Source: Vitrella brassicaformis CCMP3155 (lineage: Eukaryota; Protista; Chromerida). From it: DNA of 64,000 nt. Below are positions 13,501-26,163 of this stretch, in pieces (within the stretch, counting starts at the first letter, position 1; every line of letters begins with the position of its first letter). The notes under the pieces were generated by a model. The model was not told where the DNA came from and made no database searches. It saw only the letters and a list, made by a program, of their open reading frames with translations. The stretch lies in NCBI GenBank assembly GCA_001179505.1, contig CDMY01000305.1:62001-126000 (forward strand), written 5' to 3'. The translations under genes and the position numbers were made by a program.

Positions 13501-14284
13501 GGATACACAGACATTCATTCAACAGACTATGAAGGAAACAAGGCGGGAATCGCATCAGATACCATGATAAGAGCGCAGAGCTGGTCGTAGGAGCATGGGG
13601 CGTGGTCAGGCTTGTCGAACTTGCTCACCTGAGTGATTTCGAACTTGAACACCTGAGTGATTCATGGTATCGAACTTGCTCACCGGAAGAAGCGACCACC
13701 TGCCGTGGACTTGGTAGCAGATGAAGAGCACGGCCACAGAGGCAGCGGCGAGTTCGTCAGCACTCACGTCCTTAATCTCATAATGCACAGCCGCCCGCTG
13801 CTGCCGATCCTGAGTGTGTGCACGGACAGTCATCTCATCGACACCCAGCGTGGTCATCAGCGTGTCTTCCTGGCTGCATAGCCTGAATGAAACAACGACC
13901 AACCAAAGAAAGCACCATCCTTTGCAAAGCAAATGTTCCTCCGCTGCAGGCCAATCCTCACCCGACGACCACAAAGTGGCAGGTGTCCCCAATGGCCGCA
14001 AAGTCCAGCGTGGCCCGAAAGCTTCCCCGTCCAGTGACGTCGTCAGCCTCTTTCTCCTCATACCCAAACCCCTCGACGAGCGACACGGGGTTGTCCGCCG
14101 ACACAAACGTGACGGCCTCGCCAGTGGCAGCGCACGCCACCACCACCAAGTCAGGGGGCCGTGGGGCATGGCGGCCGCTGTATAATGCAGTGGCAGCAAC
14201 GCGGTACTCGAAGAGGCACTCGAATGGGGATGACGGGTGGGCAGGGAGGGGCCTGCTGAGGTCTTGGATGGAAAGCCCTGCCAT
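10550..14284 (-). CDS. Multi-exon long coiled-coil protein of unknown function
   Basis: Spliced path MAGLSIQDL...HFVVVG|LCSQEDTLM...HYEIKD|LCALIM|EEVSAVIGRL, then heptad-rich exons (LMQEKEALKEQLETAVLEKSRLK; LAENATARQAVKEKQKQNEELTRENERLKE region), ending RRAAGMDNEWS* at 10550. Confidence 0.7.
13615..13684. repeat. Intronic 24-bp tandem repeat (2 copies plus a partial third)
   Basis: tcgaacttgctcacctgagtgatt (13615-13638), tcgaacttgaacacctgagtgatt (13639-13662), then tcgaacttgctcacc (13670-13684). Confidence 0.85.
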
Positions 14285-14746
14285 CGTGACTACGAGTCAC
14301 CGTCTGTGGACGTCTGATGAGCTTCGGCGAGCAATCAACGTGAGAGACAGAGAAAGAGACGGGGAGGGATTAGTTGAAATCATTGCAGGAACGAAGGCGC
14401 AGTCATCTGGAAGCACCACGGCGGCTTTCGTTCATCTTCTCCTGCATAAGATTATTTTCGGCGATCCCACTGACATTGCGAGCTTTGGGTGTGGTGGCAT
14501 TTTGTGTAGTGCGTGTGCAGAGGTAGAGAGGGGCGCCGTGATGAACAGGTACACACACACACACACACACAGGGAACACCAGATCTCCACCTGATGGTGT
14601 GTGCGTGTGTTTGTGTGTGCAGGTCATGGCTTGCTGGCTGTCCCTGATGCGTGGCTTGCCTTTCATACGCACGACGTCGTGCATCATCCACTCAATGCGC
14701 TGACTGCTCTTATCATGAATGCTCATGCCGCCCCGCGCTCCCTGCT

Positions 14747-17147
14747 ATGTCACGGTATGACCCCACGAGACGGCCGCCAACATCGCAACAACACTCACAG
14801 CCACAGGTGCGCACGGCACACACTCAAGGACTGTCACGAGATGCCTGTTTGTGCTCCCGTCGACTCGGTGCAATTTCGTGTATGTGTCCGTGTGCAGCCC
14901 TTCTCGCGACCAGCGGCAGCACCGCCTCCACCCCACTACTCGCAGCAACAACACCCGCAAGCACCCTTACCGGCCCACCCTCTCCCTCGGTCATCCGTGC
15001 CGTCCTACGGAGCTGCAGCGGGCGAAAGGCACACACCCGTGATGCCGCACTCGTATGGGTTGTCCGGCGCGGGCTGGGACAACAGCCGCTTGTCGTCGCC
15101 TGCTGGTGTTGGCGGCGCCCAGGAGTGGCGGGGTGGGAGCAGCGCGCCATCCTCATCATCGAGCTACACTCACCATCGGCCCCCGCCCCCTCCACCCCCT
15201 CCCCGTGGGCACCCACCTCGGCTGGCGCAGCCTCACCCACCGGCAAGCGATGAGGATACGAGCGTGTCGGACAGCAACAGGGGGAGGCAGCCGGGCGGCG
15301 GCGTCCCTGCTTCGGTGGCAGCATCGGCTGTGGCGAGCTCGCTCCAGGGCATACCAGAGGAGGTCTCGATCCCGAGCGCGCTGCTGCTGGGTACCGATGT
15401 GGCCGTGATTGCAGCAGGTCCTGTGTGGTGTGAATGCTGCTTGCTTATGCGTGTGAATGCAGATTTGTCTGCGCGTTTTCCTGACCTGAAGCGGCACATC
15501 CCCATCTTTGCGTCGGACACGGGCCGGTTGGAGAGGAGGCGGCTGCCGCTGACCAAGCAGGAACAGCAAATGTACTATAAGACACAGGTGGGTGGGTATG
15601 TGGGTGAGCGAGAGACCAGATGGCACAGTAGATCAGATCGATCCACCAACCACATTCCTTCGATGGCTTTGCTGTGTTGTGTGCAGATGTGCCCCCTGTA
15701 TCCCCAAGGTCTCTGTACCTACGGCAGCAGCTGCACATATGCCCACTCTGAAGCTGAAAAGAGGGAGGTAGCAAAACATCAGTCAGGCAACACGCATCGA
15801 ATATTTGCTGGTTTTCTTCCTTGGTTTGCCTGCAGCGGCCCATCTTGGCCAAGACCAAACTGTGCTACTTCTGGCTGGCGGGCCGGTGCACACGCAAGAA
15901 CTGCCAGTAAGGAAGGAAGGACACTCTCCCTGTGCGAGCCTCTTACGTCGTTGTCGTGTGCGCGTGTGTGTGACATGCGTCAGTTTCGCCCACGGCAGGG
16001 AAGAGCTTCGATCCTTCCAGACCACCCAGCAGCGGATGCCAGGACCAGGCGCAGCCCCAGGGCCGCCCCGCCCCTCCACTGCAGCATATCAGGAGCCCCC
16101 ATCGGTCCCATCGGCTGCTCCGGACCATCCATCTGCGCCATCGCCGCCGCCGTAAACAGCCAGCGACGGACCCCCCCTTGTTACGTTTATGTGAATTGTG
16201 TCTTTAGGTACACGGATTCCCCGAATCTGCTCCCTGTCCCGAGTGTGCCGCGGCGAGATGGGCGGGACAGGCGGATCCCACTCCCCCCCGTAGACGTGTC
16301 TGAAGCCGATGGTGATGGTGGTCGCCCCCACGGCTACTGGCGCCAGCGGCCCCGTCAGAGCCAGCAGGACGAGGCGGCTGAGGGCATCCGGATGGCGAGG
16401 GAGGAGAGGCGGGCAGTCGCCATACATGGGGGCTGGACACGGGCTGAGGACGCGCCGCCGATCTACCGCAGATATCACGGGACACACCCCTTCGCGGCGA
16501 CCGAGGTATGTGTTCGCGAGATCAGATCGCGGGAACAAACAAGGACCCCTGGCATGTGCCCTGCTTTTGTGATTCAGGAGGCGCCTCGTATTGGCCCAAG
16601 CGAGTCGAGTCGAAGGGTCGAGGTCGCGGTCGGCGTGCAACTCAAACAGGCACCGTCCGACCCAGCTGACGCTCCCGCCCGGCCACTCATCGGGCCCGTG
16701 GCAGCATCTGCCCCCCCACCTCTGGAGTCACACACGCCGCTGCTCGAGCTGCGTGAAGGCGACGTGGTAGACCTGCTCGCGAGGACGGCCACTGGCTGGG
16801 GCTATGGGCGTGTCTCATACCAGCCCATCGACACGCCGAGCGAGAAGGCGAGGTCCTTGTGCGGGTGGTTCCCTCTCTGCGTGGCGTCGCGGCCCCCAAT
16901 GTCGCCCCCCCTTCGCGCCAGCCGCCACACGCACCGCCAGCCCCCGGCCTTCAGCAACTCCGGCAACCACCAGCAGCACCAGCAGCACCAGCAGCACCAC
17001 CAGCAGCAGCAGCATGCCGAGCACCTCTCCCCCATGAGCACTGCACCTCCAGGTGCGGCAGCGCGCGGGAGCGGGAGTGAGGCAAGCCATGGCCCCAGGC
17101 AGCAGGAGGGGTCGCGGGAGCCGCCGACCTGGGAGGAGGGGTCCTAG
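14747..17147 (+). CDS. Tandem CCCH zinc-finger RNA-binding protein with a C-terminal SH3-like domain
   Basis: Spliced: YYKTQ|MCPLYPQGLCTYGSSCTYAHSEAEKRE|RPILAKTKLCYFWLAGRCTRKNCQ|FAHGREEL (two CCCH fingers with KT lead-ins), and LELREGDVVDLLARTATGWGYGRV...GWFPLCV (SH3 signature). ATG at 14747 inferred from exon phase. Confidence 0.85.
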
Positions 17148-18374
17148 AGGGAGATCGACAGAGCAACGAATGCATACATGTACAGGTGCAAGGGAGCGGG
17201 ACTATTTGTATGTACCACACGGGGGGGAAGGGGGGAGGGGAGAGGGGAGGGGGGGCGTTTGTGTGGGCAGGGTGAGGGGCAGAATCGTCAGTCATATCAT
17301 CTTACGTAAGTACTTGGACCGATCGGTGTTTTTCTACACTGCCAGCTGCCTTCGTATGGGGCAGGGAGTTAGGGGGAGGGGAGGGGAGGGAGGAGAAGGC
17401 AATGTAATGCTCATTTTGCGATGGATGGATGGATGGCAGTATGAATGTGTCTGATATTAATAATCGGTCAGCCGGGAGGGCAAGGCAATAGCCTGGATAT
17501 GGCGCTCCTCCATCCATCCGTCCATGGGCGAGGGGTTCCTTTCCTTTGCGTGGCGTGCATATTGGATGGAGAAGGGCTCTTCGTGCCTCCGCGGGTGAGG
17601 AGAGGACTGACTGGGTGGGTGCGTGCTATTGTGCGTCCATACCGACTGACGCCTGAGTGCTTGGTTCCTTGCTTGCTTCCTTGCTTGCTTGCTCTCTTAC
17701 ATACGTTTGTGTGCGTGTGTCCCCCATCCCTGTCTGCCTACCTACCTACCTCTGGTACTGTAGTCCTCTTTTTCCTCCCTCAATGTCTGTCTATCTGTCT
17801 GTGTCAATGAGATGATGTTCACAAGCGAGCCAAATATGCCGGCTGGCCGCCACTAGGGCAGGGCAGGGCGGGGCAGGCCGGCGCGGGGTTGGGCCTTCTT
17901 GCACAGTCAGCCATCAATGGCAGACACATACCACATTCTCACTCACTTATTTCTCACCTGCTTACGAACGTACCATGCACACACACATACACACCCGGCC
18001 ACCGACTAGAGACAAAAGCCTTCCATCAACCCACCTACCTGTCTGTGTGTGAGGCGATGCATGTGTCCCTGTCTGTTTGTTTGTCTCAAGTGAAGGCCAG
18101 CGAAGCAACCGCATTTTAACCAGCCACTAGCTACCAAGAGAGCGGGAGAGGGATGGAGGCACGGATGGGGAGAGCTGTGTTGTGTTGTGTGTGATTTAAC
18201 GGTGGTGGTTGGCTGCTGGCTGGCTGGCTGGCTGGCTCTGTGTGTGTGATCGAAGTGAGTGAGTGCTGCGATGAGTGGTGTGTCGTGATGTGGTGTGTCG
18301 TGGTGTGTCATGTGATGTGCGTGTTGCGGCGAAGTCTGCGTGTTGGGTGGTTGGGGGTCGGCGGGCGGGCGAGG

Positions 18375-18452
18375 AGGGGCTGGATATTGGGATGGGATGG
18401 GACGCCCGCCCGTAGGGGCTGGATATTGGGATGGGATGGGACGCCCGCCCGT
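18375..18452. repeat. Perfect 39-bp tandem duplication, G-rich
   Basis: aggggctggatattgggatgggatgggacgcccgcccgt at 18375-18413 and again at 18414-18452. Confidence 0.95.
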
Positions 18453-19557
18453 GCGACTGCCTGTGGCAGCCGGCCAGTTCGCCGTTTTGGGGGCTATTTG
18501 TTCTGCATACCCATGAATGAGTGTGGCTGCATACCATACATCTCTCTGTCTGTCGCGTACCATGTCATGTCTGTCTGTCTATGTGTGTCCACGTCTGGGT
18601 GTGGGTGTGCATGTCCGTGTTCGGGAGGAATGCATGAAAAGGGCGTGGCCACGTCGTCATAATTATCAGGTTTGACAATCATGCAACAGTGCAAGATGAT
18701 TGATGTATATAAGTGAGTGAGTGCAATCAATGTAATCGAGCGCGGACCGTGCTCTCAGGTTTGTCCATCTAGTCATTTGCCCTGAGCTGAGGTTTATCTA
18801 CATTACTTACATGCTCACATACATTACATGCTCGTGTGTGTGTGTGTGTGTGTGCTGTTCTCGTGACATGAATGCCGTGTCTCTGTGGTGGTGGTGGGTG
18901 GGGTGGGGTGGCCCACCACTCACACCTGCCTGCCTGCCTGCCTGCCTGCAGGCGGCCTTTCATACCACCAAAAGGGAGCGGGCCGCACACACAGACAGGC
19001 GTCCATATCACATCATGCCATGCCATACCGTACCGTACCATACCGTACAGGCGTACAATGATATCAGTGAGTCCCTCTCTCTCTCTCTCTCTTCTCTGTC
19101 ATTGCTGGCGCGGGGGGCTATTTTTCGCAACCAACGATGACTGACTGACTGACTGACTGAGTGAGTGAGTGAGTGAGAGTGACCACAGGGATATTTTTGT
19201 GTGCACACGGGCGGGGCGGGCGGGCGGGCGGCTGATGGCTGGCCTGGCTCGTGGGCGTCTGTGTAGTCTTGCTGTTGTCCTTATTGTCTATCGCTATTAC
19301 GGTGATGGATGACCCAGGTCGGTGTTGTGTTGACTGTTGAGTTGCGTTGCGTTTGTGTGTGTAATGCCTACTCCTTCGCTGGCTCGCTATCTATTGCTCA
19401 CCCACATTTTTGACCTCGATCAGGATCAGCTGCTGACACTGTGGTACGGTAGGTACTGCTGTTGTGGTGCATGCGACGTCGACGGCGGACGATAACTAAT
19501 TCACCACACAAAGTAGTGGTTCCAGCAATTGCAAGGTGTTCACACAATCGGGCGCAC

Positions 19558-22331
19558 TCACTCAGAGACACACACAGGCAGCCAGTGCACCCACGACGCA
19601 CGCAGGCATACGCAGCTCTTGTAACAAACAAGCAGTTGCCGGTGTCCTGTCCGCCCGGGCATTTGATCACATGCCGGCACTCTGAAGCAGACACCCGGCC
19701 CACACATCACTTCCATATCCACGTCCATCTGACACACGCCGGTCAGACCTCTTAGTCGCTCACTTACCCTATCGAACGATGGCTCTGACGACAGTGCCTG
19801 TGACTCCATCGACGATCGCCTCCTCTCGTCAAGCCCGCCGTTCCTGGCGGTCGTCTGCGATGTCAGCGAGGGGGGCGGGGGCGCGGCATCTCCATTCGAA
19901 CTGATACGACGCTCTACGTCCAGCTGCTGCTGCAGCTGCAGGTAGAGAGAGCGGGGGGGAGAAACACGAGTCGAAGGAAGAAGTGTCTCTGTTTGTTTGG
20001 GTGCTCGCTGACTTTGTATCTGGCCCTTAGGGCCTCGTGGTCGTCGGAGGGCACTAGGCGCAGGATTAGCAGTGGGGACAGGCCAAGGATGAGAGTTATG
20101 ACCTTCATGAGCCACAGGTTGGAGAGGTCGTGCGACGTGATGCCGAGGAGCCAGGCGAGCAAAGCCGACGACTCGCTCGACACAAACATGCCCAAGTTGT
20201 TGACGCTCAGGAACATCGCGTAGGTGGTCGCCTCTACGCCATCTGACACAGAGACAGACAGACAGACAGACAGGGAAAACACATAGATCGCATGACGGTC
20301 TGGCATGCCATGCCCACCGGGGCATATGCGGCCGGAGAGGACCATAAGCGGCCTGAGATCGGATACAGGAATGCAGCTTCTCACATGTGTATATGTACGC
20401 GATCGGATCTCACATCCAGAGACACTCGGCCACAACCGACCTGACACACACAGGACACGCCGTCCTTCATCAGCAACCAACCAACAACCAAGCCATGTGT
20501 GCGTCAGTGTGATGTGATGCTAGGCTTCTGACATGATGAACTCATCGACGAGGACAAAGACCTAAACAGCAGAGGAGGGGAGGAAAGAACGCATTCACGT
20601 CACGCAGCCAGCAATGCTGATGCACTCACTTCGTCGGGGATGCCCAGCCGCACATTGACCCTCAGGATGAGTATCAGCGGGGTCGTCCCTGAGACACATC
20701 ACACGACAGACAACAGCCAGCCAGCCAGCCAGCCAACCAATGGCGCCATGCATGGCGCATGCCGGCCTATCCATTTTGTCTGACCGAGCAGGAAGGCCAC
20801 GATGGTGCCGGCGAAGTAGAGAGACCTGAATCTGACCTCGCGAAAGTATGTGTGGTACGTCCAAATTCCCAGGATGCCGGCGACCAACGTGGCGATGTCT
20901 ATCATCCCGATAAACCTGGAGAGGCACAGACGCGCACAAAGAAGATTTCAAGAGCTTGCCCTTCATCGTTACCATGGCGTGAACCCCAGTGTGTCTGTCT
21001 GAAAGTAAAACATCGGGGAGGTCACTGTCGGGGTGCAGACGAACACAAATATGAAGAGAATCGGGCCCCACACCTCGCGAAAACTGCACTTGCAACAAAG
21101 ATAAATTACACATATCCCTTTTCGCGAATCATTGTGAGAAAGGCTTGCCTGAAGAATGTGCAAAGCCGTCCGATCTGCTCCCTTGCAGGGACGACCTGCA
21201 GCATGCCGTCGTTCCTCTCCTTGAAACACAGCACCCAGCAGAATAGCAGGCAGGGCAGGACTGCCAGCGACGTCAGCACCGCCCGAGGCCTCCACACCGT
21301 GAGGGCCACAGACACGTAATACAGCGCCAAACCAAACCTGAGCGCAGAGAAGACCGCCACATTGCCACTCTCTGTTCTGTCTGCCTGGCCGGATGACTGA
21401 CCCTGCATATCTGACAGAGTAGTAGACCGACCACGCCTTGGATGAGACCTGCAGGCTCTCCCCTGTGGTCTGCTCGACCAACACGCCTTGACCCAACACC
21501 GTCAAGAACGCCTGAGCAGCAAAACCGCAGCACGCAGACAATCAATCTCCTGCTCCGTCCGCCTTGCCCCGCCCCACCCCACCCACCATGCCAAATCCAC
21601 TCGCGAACACGAGGCAGGAAGCCTGCAACGGAGATTTGACTTGGTGGAAGGCGACCATGGTCACGGCAACAATGGCGGCCATCAGGATTCCATAGCTCTT
21701 CCGACGGCTACCGCCCAGTGGGACGGAGTCGCTCAGCAGGCCGAGGAGTGGCTTGATGGTCCACGGGATGCTCATCACGCTATAGAAGGCATCGAAGACG
21801 GCCGGACCAGCTACACACACACTCATTGCACCGACGGGAATTGACCCAGCCATTCCTCTCCTTCATCCTTCTCTGCATTGTCTGCCTGCCTGCCTGCCTG
21901 TCTGTCTGCCGAATTGGCGAAGCGACCTACCTCTGAAGTCGTTTTTGAAGAGATAGAGGAGCGCCATTCGGCTGGCGGGCTGCACGGCCACCGTCAGTGC
22001 GATCCCATACACAACGCCCTGCACGTGGACAGAGAGAAGGACACCGATAAATGGATGAGAAAGAACCCTGCAGTGTGTCGTGAATGGCGTCATGGTGCGT
22101 GTGCAGATCCATCCATCCATCCATCCAAACCAATGCCACAGGGTCGAGCTGCGAGGTCTTTTTGCTCTGTAGCAGGGGCTTGGCCTCGTCCGGGCCGGCC
22201 GTCGGGGCAGGCGCCGTCGGCTGCTGCCCGTGTTTTGGCTCGTGAGCAAGTGGTGGGCTGATAATTGAGGAAAGGAGTGATTGAAATGGTGGTGGAGAGA
22301 TCTGTTTGTGCTTACTCTTCGTGAATGACAT
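19558..22331 (-). CDS. BT1/FBT family folate-biopterin transporter (MFS), multi-exon
   Basis: IPWTIKPLLGLLSDSVPLGGSRRKSY, VWGPILFIFVFVCTPTVTSPMFYFQTDTLGF and GVEATTYAMFLSVNNLG are hallmark BT1 motifs. The 3' end is uncertain (about 19560-19770). Confidence 0.87.
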
Positions 22332-22468
22332 CCATGCGACCGCCAGCACCAACAGACTCCATAGTGGAGTCGGGGCGAGTCTGTGTGACTCGGAGCTGTG
22401 TAAATCTCCTCCCTATCTCCTCACCTCTGCGGGCTCAAATGTTTATCTCGGCGAGAGCCCTTACGAGA

Positions 22469-24490
22469 ATGGATTACTTGCATCTTCTATCCGTGGCTGC
22501 TGCACTCCCCGCCATCTGCCTGAATGCAGCTGCACTGAGCCATGAATCCCACCCAGCATTCATCCCTGCAGCCGCCCAGGCCGTCAGACGAACAACGCCC
22601 TTCTCAGGCACCCATCCCTCTCCCCTTTCCCACCCCGTCACCACTTTCGTCGTCTCGCCGCCGTGCAGATCTGTGCTGCAACCGCTCTATGCTGAGGACG
22701 ACGCGCAGCCAGCCAACACACTCACGGAGGAGCGGAGGAAGCAAGATGGCGGCAATGATGACAATGGCGGCCTGACCTGGCCGCGGCAGCTGCTGAGAGC
22801 CCTTTATCAGGTGCTGGGCGTGTTGGTTGCAGTCTATGGTGTCGTTCACGTGCTGGCAGCATGGTGAGCACCGCACCGCATCGAAACAAACAACACATAC
22901 ATCGACATGTGTGTCATGCGGCCGAGCACCTACATCGCATACAGTACGTGTGTGCTGCAGGAATGTAGCTGGGTGGATTCTGCCCACGAGCATGCTGCCG
23001 GATGCGGCGGGCGGGACAGAGCACCTGCTGCAGTGAGTGAGCTGAGCACGAGAGAGAGGGACAGACAGATCTCTGCGTGTCCGTGTGATCTGACATGATG
23101 CGATGCAGGTGGCGGGGCGTGTCGATGCTGCCGCTGGCCGCCTCTTTTGTCGCGCTCGGTGAGCCGAGCTGCAGTGGCTTAACGAACTGCAAGGTGTCTG
23201 TCCCTGTGGCTGCTTTGCATATACCAGAGGACGCCACAGCCAATGAGCGGCTGAAGAGCGCCACATACGGGAGGCTGAATCTGGGCGCCGCCTTCTACGG
23301 CATCGCTTCCTTTGTCACCTTCGCCCTTCTCAGCGGGGCTGTCACCTTCGGCCCACTGGCCTTCATCGTCAGCACCATTCTGGGACAGCAGACGTGAGCC
23401 TAAATAAATAGAAAAGCCTCCACACGCTCACACTCTGTGTGCGGTGCGGGTGGATGGCTTTGGATGTATGGTATGTGCCTGCAGTGCCCTGGGTGTTGCC
23501 GATGCCTCTCTTGGGTTGGCGTCGACCGTTGTGGGCGTGTGGGGCTTGCTGACGGGCCTGCGTGACAAGGGCTCGCGGGACCTCCTGGGAGAGATCTCAG
23601 ACGCATTCAGATCGGTAGGGTAGGCGGGCGGGGCGGCACGGCACACGCACCACCCATCCATCCACGATACGTGTATGCAGGTGGGTGATGGTTACGTGTG
23701 TCTGTTTGACTCGAGCAAGACCAACTGGAAGAGCGCCTGCTACCGCCTGCTGGCCATCCCCATCTTCCTCGTCCTCATCGTCACCGTCACAAACCCATTC
23801 GTATTCCTAAGGATCTTCGCTGAGGTCACTCACACGCACATGAATGACACACCACGACCGACACTCGTGTGCTCGGCTGCAGTCGTGTCGTTTTCTGTCT
23901 GTCTGTGTGTGTCCTCCAGGAGTCGTCTGACCTAGGGGCGGCCATTCCTATCGCGTCATTATCGCAAAGGGGCATACTGTCAGCTGGGAGGCTGCTGGGG
24001 GCGCAGCTGCTGCCGGTGCTGGCGGTCTTGTGGGTGCTACAGGTAAGTGAGGAGGTGTGCGGGCCGCCCGGACCACGCCCGATAAATGGAGGGTCTGGTG
24101 TGTGTGTGTGTGTGTGTGTGTCGTCTGTCTGTCTGCAGGATGCGGCACAGAGGGGCCGGTTGGCAAGCGGGACATTCAAAAAGGTCGGTTTGCTCAACGC
24201 AGCCGCGCATCATCGCGTCATCGTCTAGAGCTCTGTGGGTGTCTGTTTGTGTCAGCTGAACTTCTCGTTGGCCAACAGCGGCGTTGCCATGCTCATCGCA
24301 GAGGCCCTCCAGCCGATATCAAGCATGGTCAGGCACACACCCACACCCACACCCATATCACTCTCCCGTCCGTCTGGCTGTCTGTGTGTTGTGTGTGCAG
24401 GCTGGCTATGTGTTCGTCATGCTGCCGACGGTGTTGGCGGGGGCGCTGGGCGGCCTGCTCTATGTCAGAGAGAAGAAGAAGGGCAAGTGA
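22469..24490 (+). CDS. Multi-pass membrane protein with signal + transit-like leader and an internal duplication; probable plastid protein
   Basis: N-terminus MDYLHLLSVAAALPAICLNAAA...AFIPAAAQAVRRTTPFS, several hydrophobic exons, duplicated motif LEDATANERLKSATYGRLN / LQDAAQRGRLASGTFKKLN, ending LLYVREKKKGK* at 24490. An alternative ATG lies at 22439. Confidence 0.72.
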
Positions 24491-26163
24491 GTGAAGAGCT
24501 GACTTGCCGGGCGAAGTGCGTGTGTGTGCGTGTGGTTCTGGAGAAATATGGCCTGTTACCAGCGTGTGGGCGGTGCATGTGACATAAGACTGTGTGCACG
24601 GTCGACAAAAGACGGTTGGCTGCATCCGACAATCATTCCATTCGTCAAGGTTGGTACACACCACACACATCGACACGTGCATGGCATGTGTACGTCAGTC
24701 ACTCGCTGATCGATCGTCATCGGGGCAACCATCTGTCTGTCAATTAGGTCGGGCCGCCCACGCCACACCACACCACACCGATGAATGAATGAGCCATGCA
24801 TCAATGGCAAAAGTGGCTGGGCTGACTGACGCGCATGGCTCGGAGGCGACAGACACACAGACAGGCAGACAAGAGCAATACACACAGAGGACACACACAT
24901 GAATGAACCCACCGCTGGCCCGAATTCCACACACGAGGGTCAGTAGGGACCCCTCCGTCTTCGCACAGCCAGCCACAGCACAGCACAGCACAACGCCCCT
25001 GTCTGTCTGCCTGCACGTCAAATGCACTCGCTCCACCACAGCAGCGCAGCCGGGGGGCGTGGGCATAGTGTACCAAACACACACACACACACATACAGAG
25101 AGAGAGAGAGAGGGAGAGTCCACGCAAGGCAAGGTAACACATTGGTATTTACAGGCATCATATAGATATGTAGGCAGGGTGGGCGTGTGGAAAGCCTCCG
25201 AGTGAAAGGCATGCAGGTGTGTGTGTGCGTGCCGTGTGCCTCTTGGCAGGCAGGCAGCACAAAAACTTGGAGGGGCTGTCTATGTGTGTCTGGGGGGAGG
25301 GAAGGGGAGGGGGAGAGGCACGTACGAAGCACCAGCAAGAACGAACGGAAAAAGGAAGAAAACAGGAGATGCCTCACCCCACCCATCAGGCCACTGGCAG
25401 CCAGGCAAAACGCAGGTAGGTACATGTGTCAGCCCAGGCCTGTCCCTCACTCAGTCAGTCGAAAAACGGACCATCTGCCCACCCATCTACGCCCATCCAT
25501 CCATCCATCAGGCCACGCCTGGCCAGCCAGAAGCGCGTGTGTCCCCCGCCCCGCCCCCCTGGCTGCGATCACGCCAGCCCTCCACTCCACCGCAACCCAT
25601 CCAATGGCTTTCCCTCTCCCTGGCTGGGCTGGGCTGGGCTGGCCTCTGGGAACTCTATCAAGAGGACAGGACAGCACACACACGCAACATATGCCATGGT
25701 AGGATGCCATATATCACACCGGCCGTCAAAATCATTGGCTGGCTGTGGCTGGCTGTGGCTGGATGGATGGTTGGATGTTTGGCTACTGTACGATGGAATA
25801 CCCATACTAACCGACGGCACCAATACTACACAGACAGAAAAACTGAGAGGGCGCGGGGCGCGGAGAGGAACAGCTCGGCTGGCTCAGCTACACAAGCAGA
25901 TAACTCCACGACTACCAGCAACCACGTCAAGTGCTGTGCCCCTAATGCTGCTCTGTCTGTCTGACGGACATGGGTGACAAAAAGCCCCCTCTCGAGTCCT
26001 CGCTCACTGTGGCTGACCGCTCGGTCGTGTCATCTCACGTCATCGTCATGGCACCGACATCAAACGACACGCAATTCCCACCCACCCACCCACACGCACA
26101 CACACAGAGAGAAAGGAGAGGCTACCCCAAGCAAGAAGGCAGAAACGCAGGCCAGGCAACGAA

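Noticed and set aside
14601-17147. 848-aa single ORF
   Set aside because: It reads through several introns (VCVRVQ-type intron translations) and passes out of frame through the second zinc finger. The spliced model from 14747 is more coherent.
17220-17256. Long G-rich tract after the CCCH-SH3 stop codon as a specific G4 element
   Set aside because: Similar GGGA/GGGC tracts are common across the window's introns and UTRs, so it does not stand out.
13615-18452. Short direct repeats (24 bp and 39 bp) as possible CRISPR or transposon ends
   Set aside because: Only 2-3 adjacent copies, no unique spacers, no cas or transposase genes, eukaryotic context.
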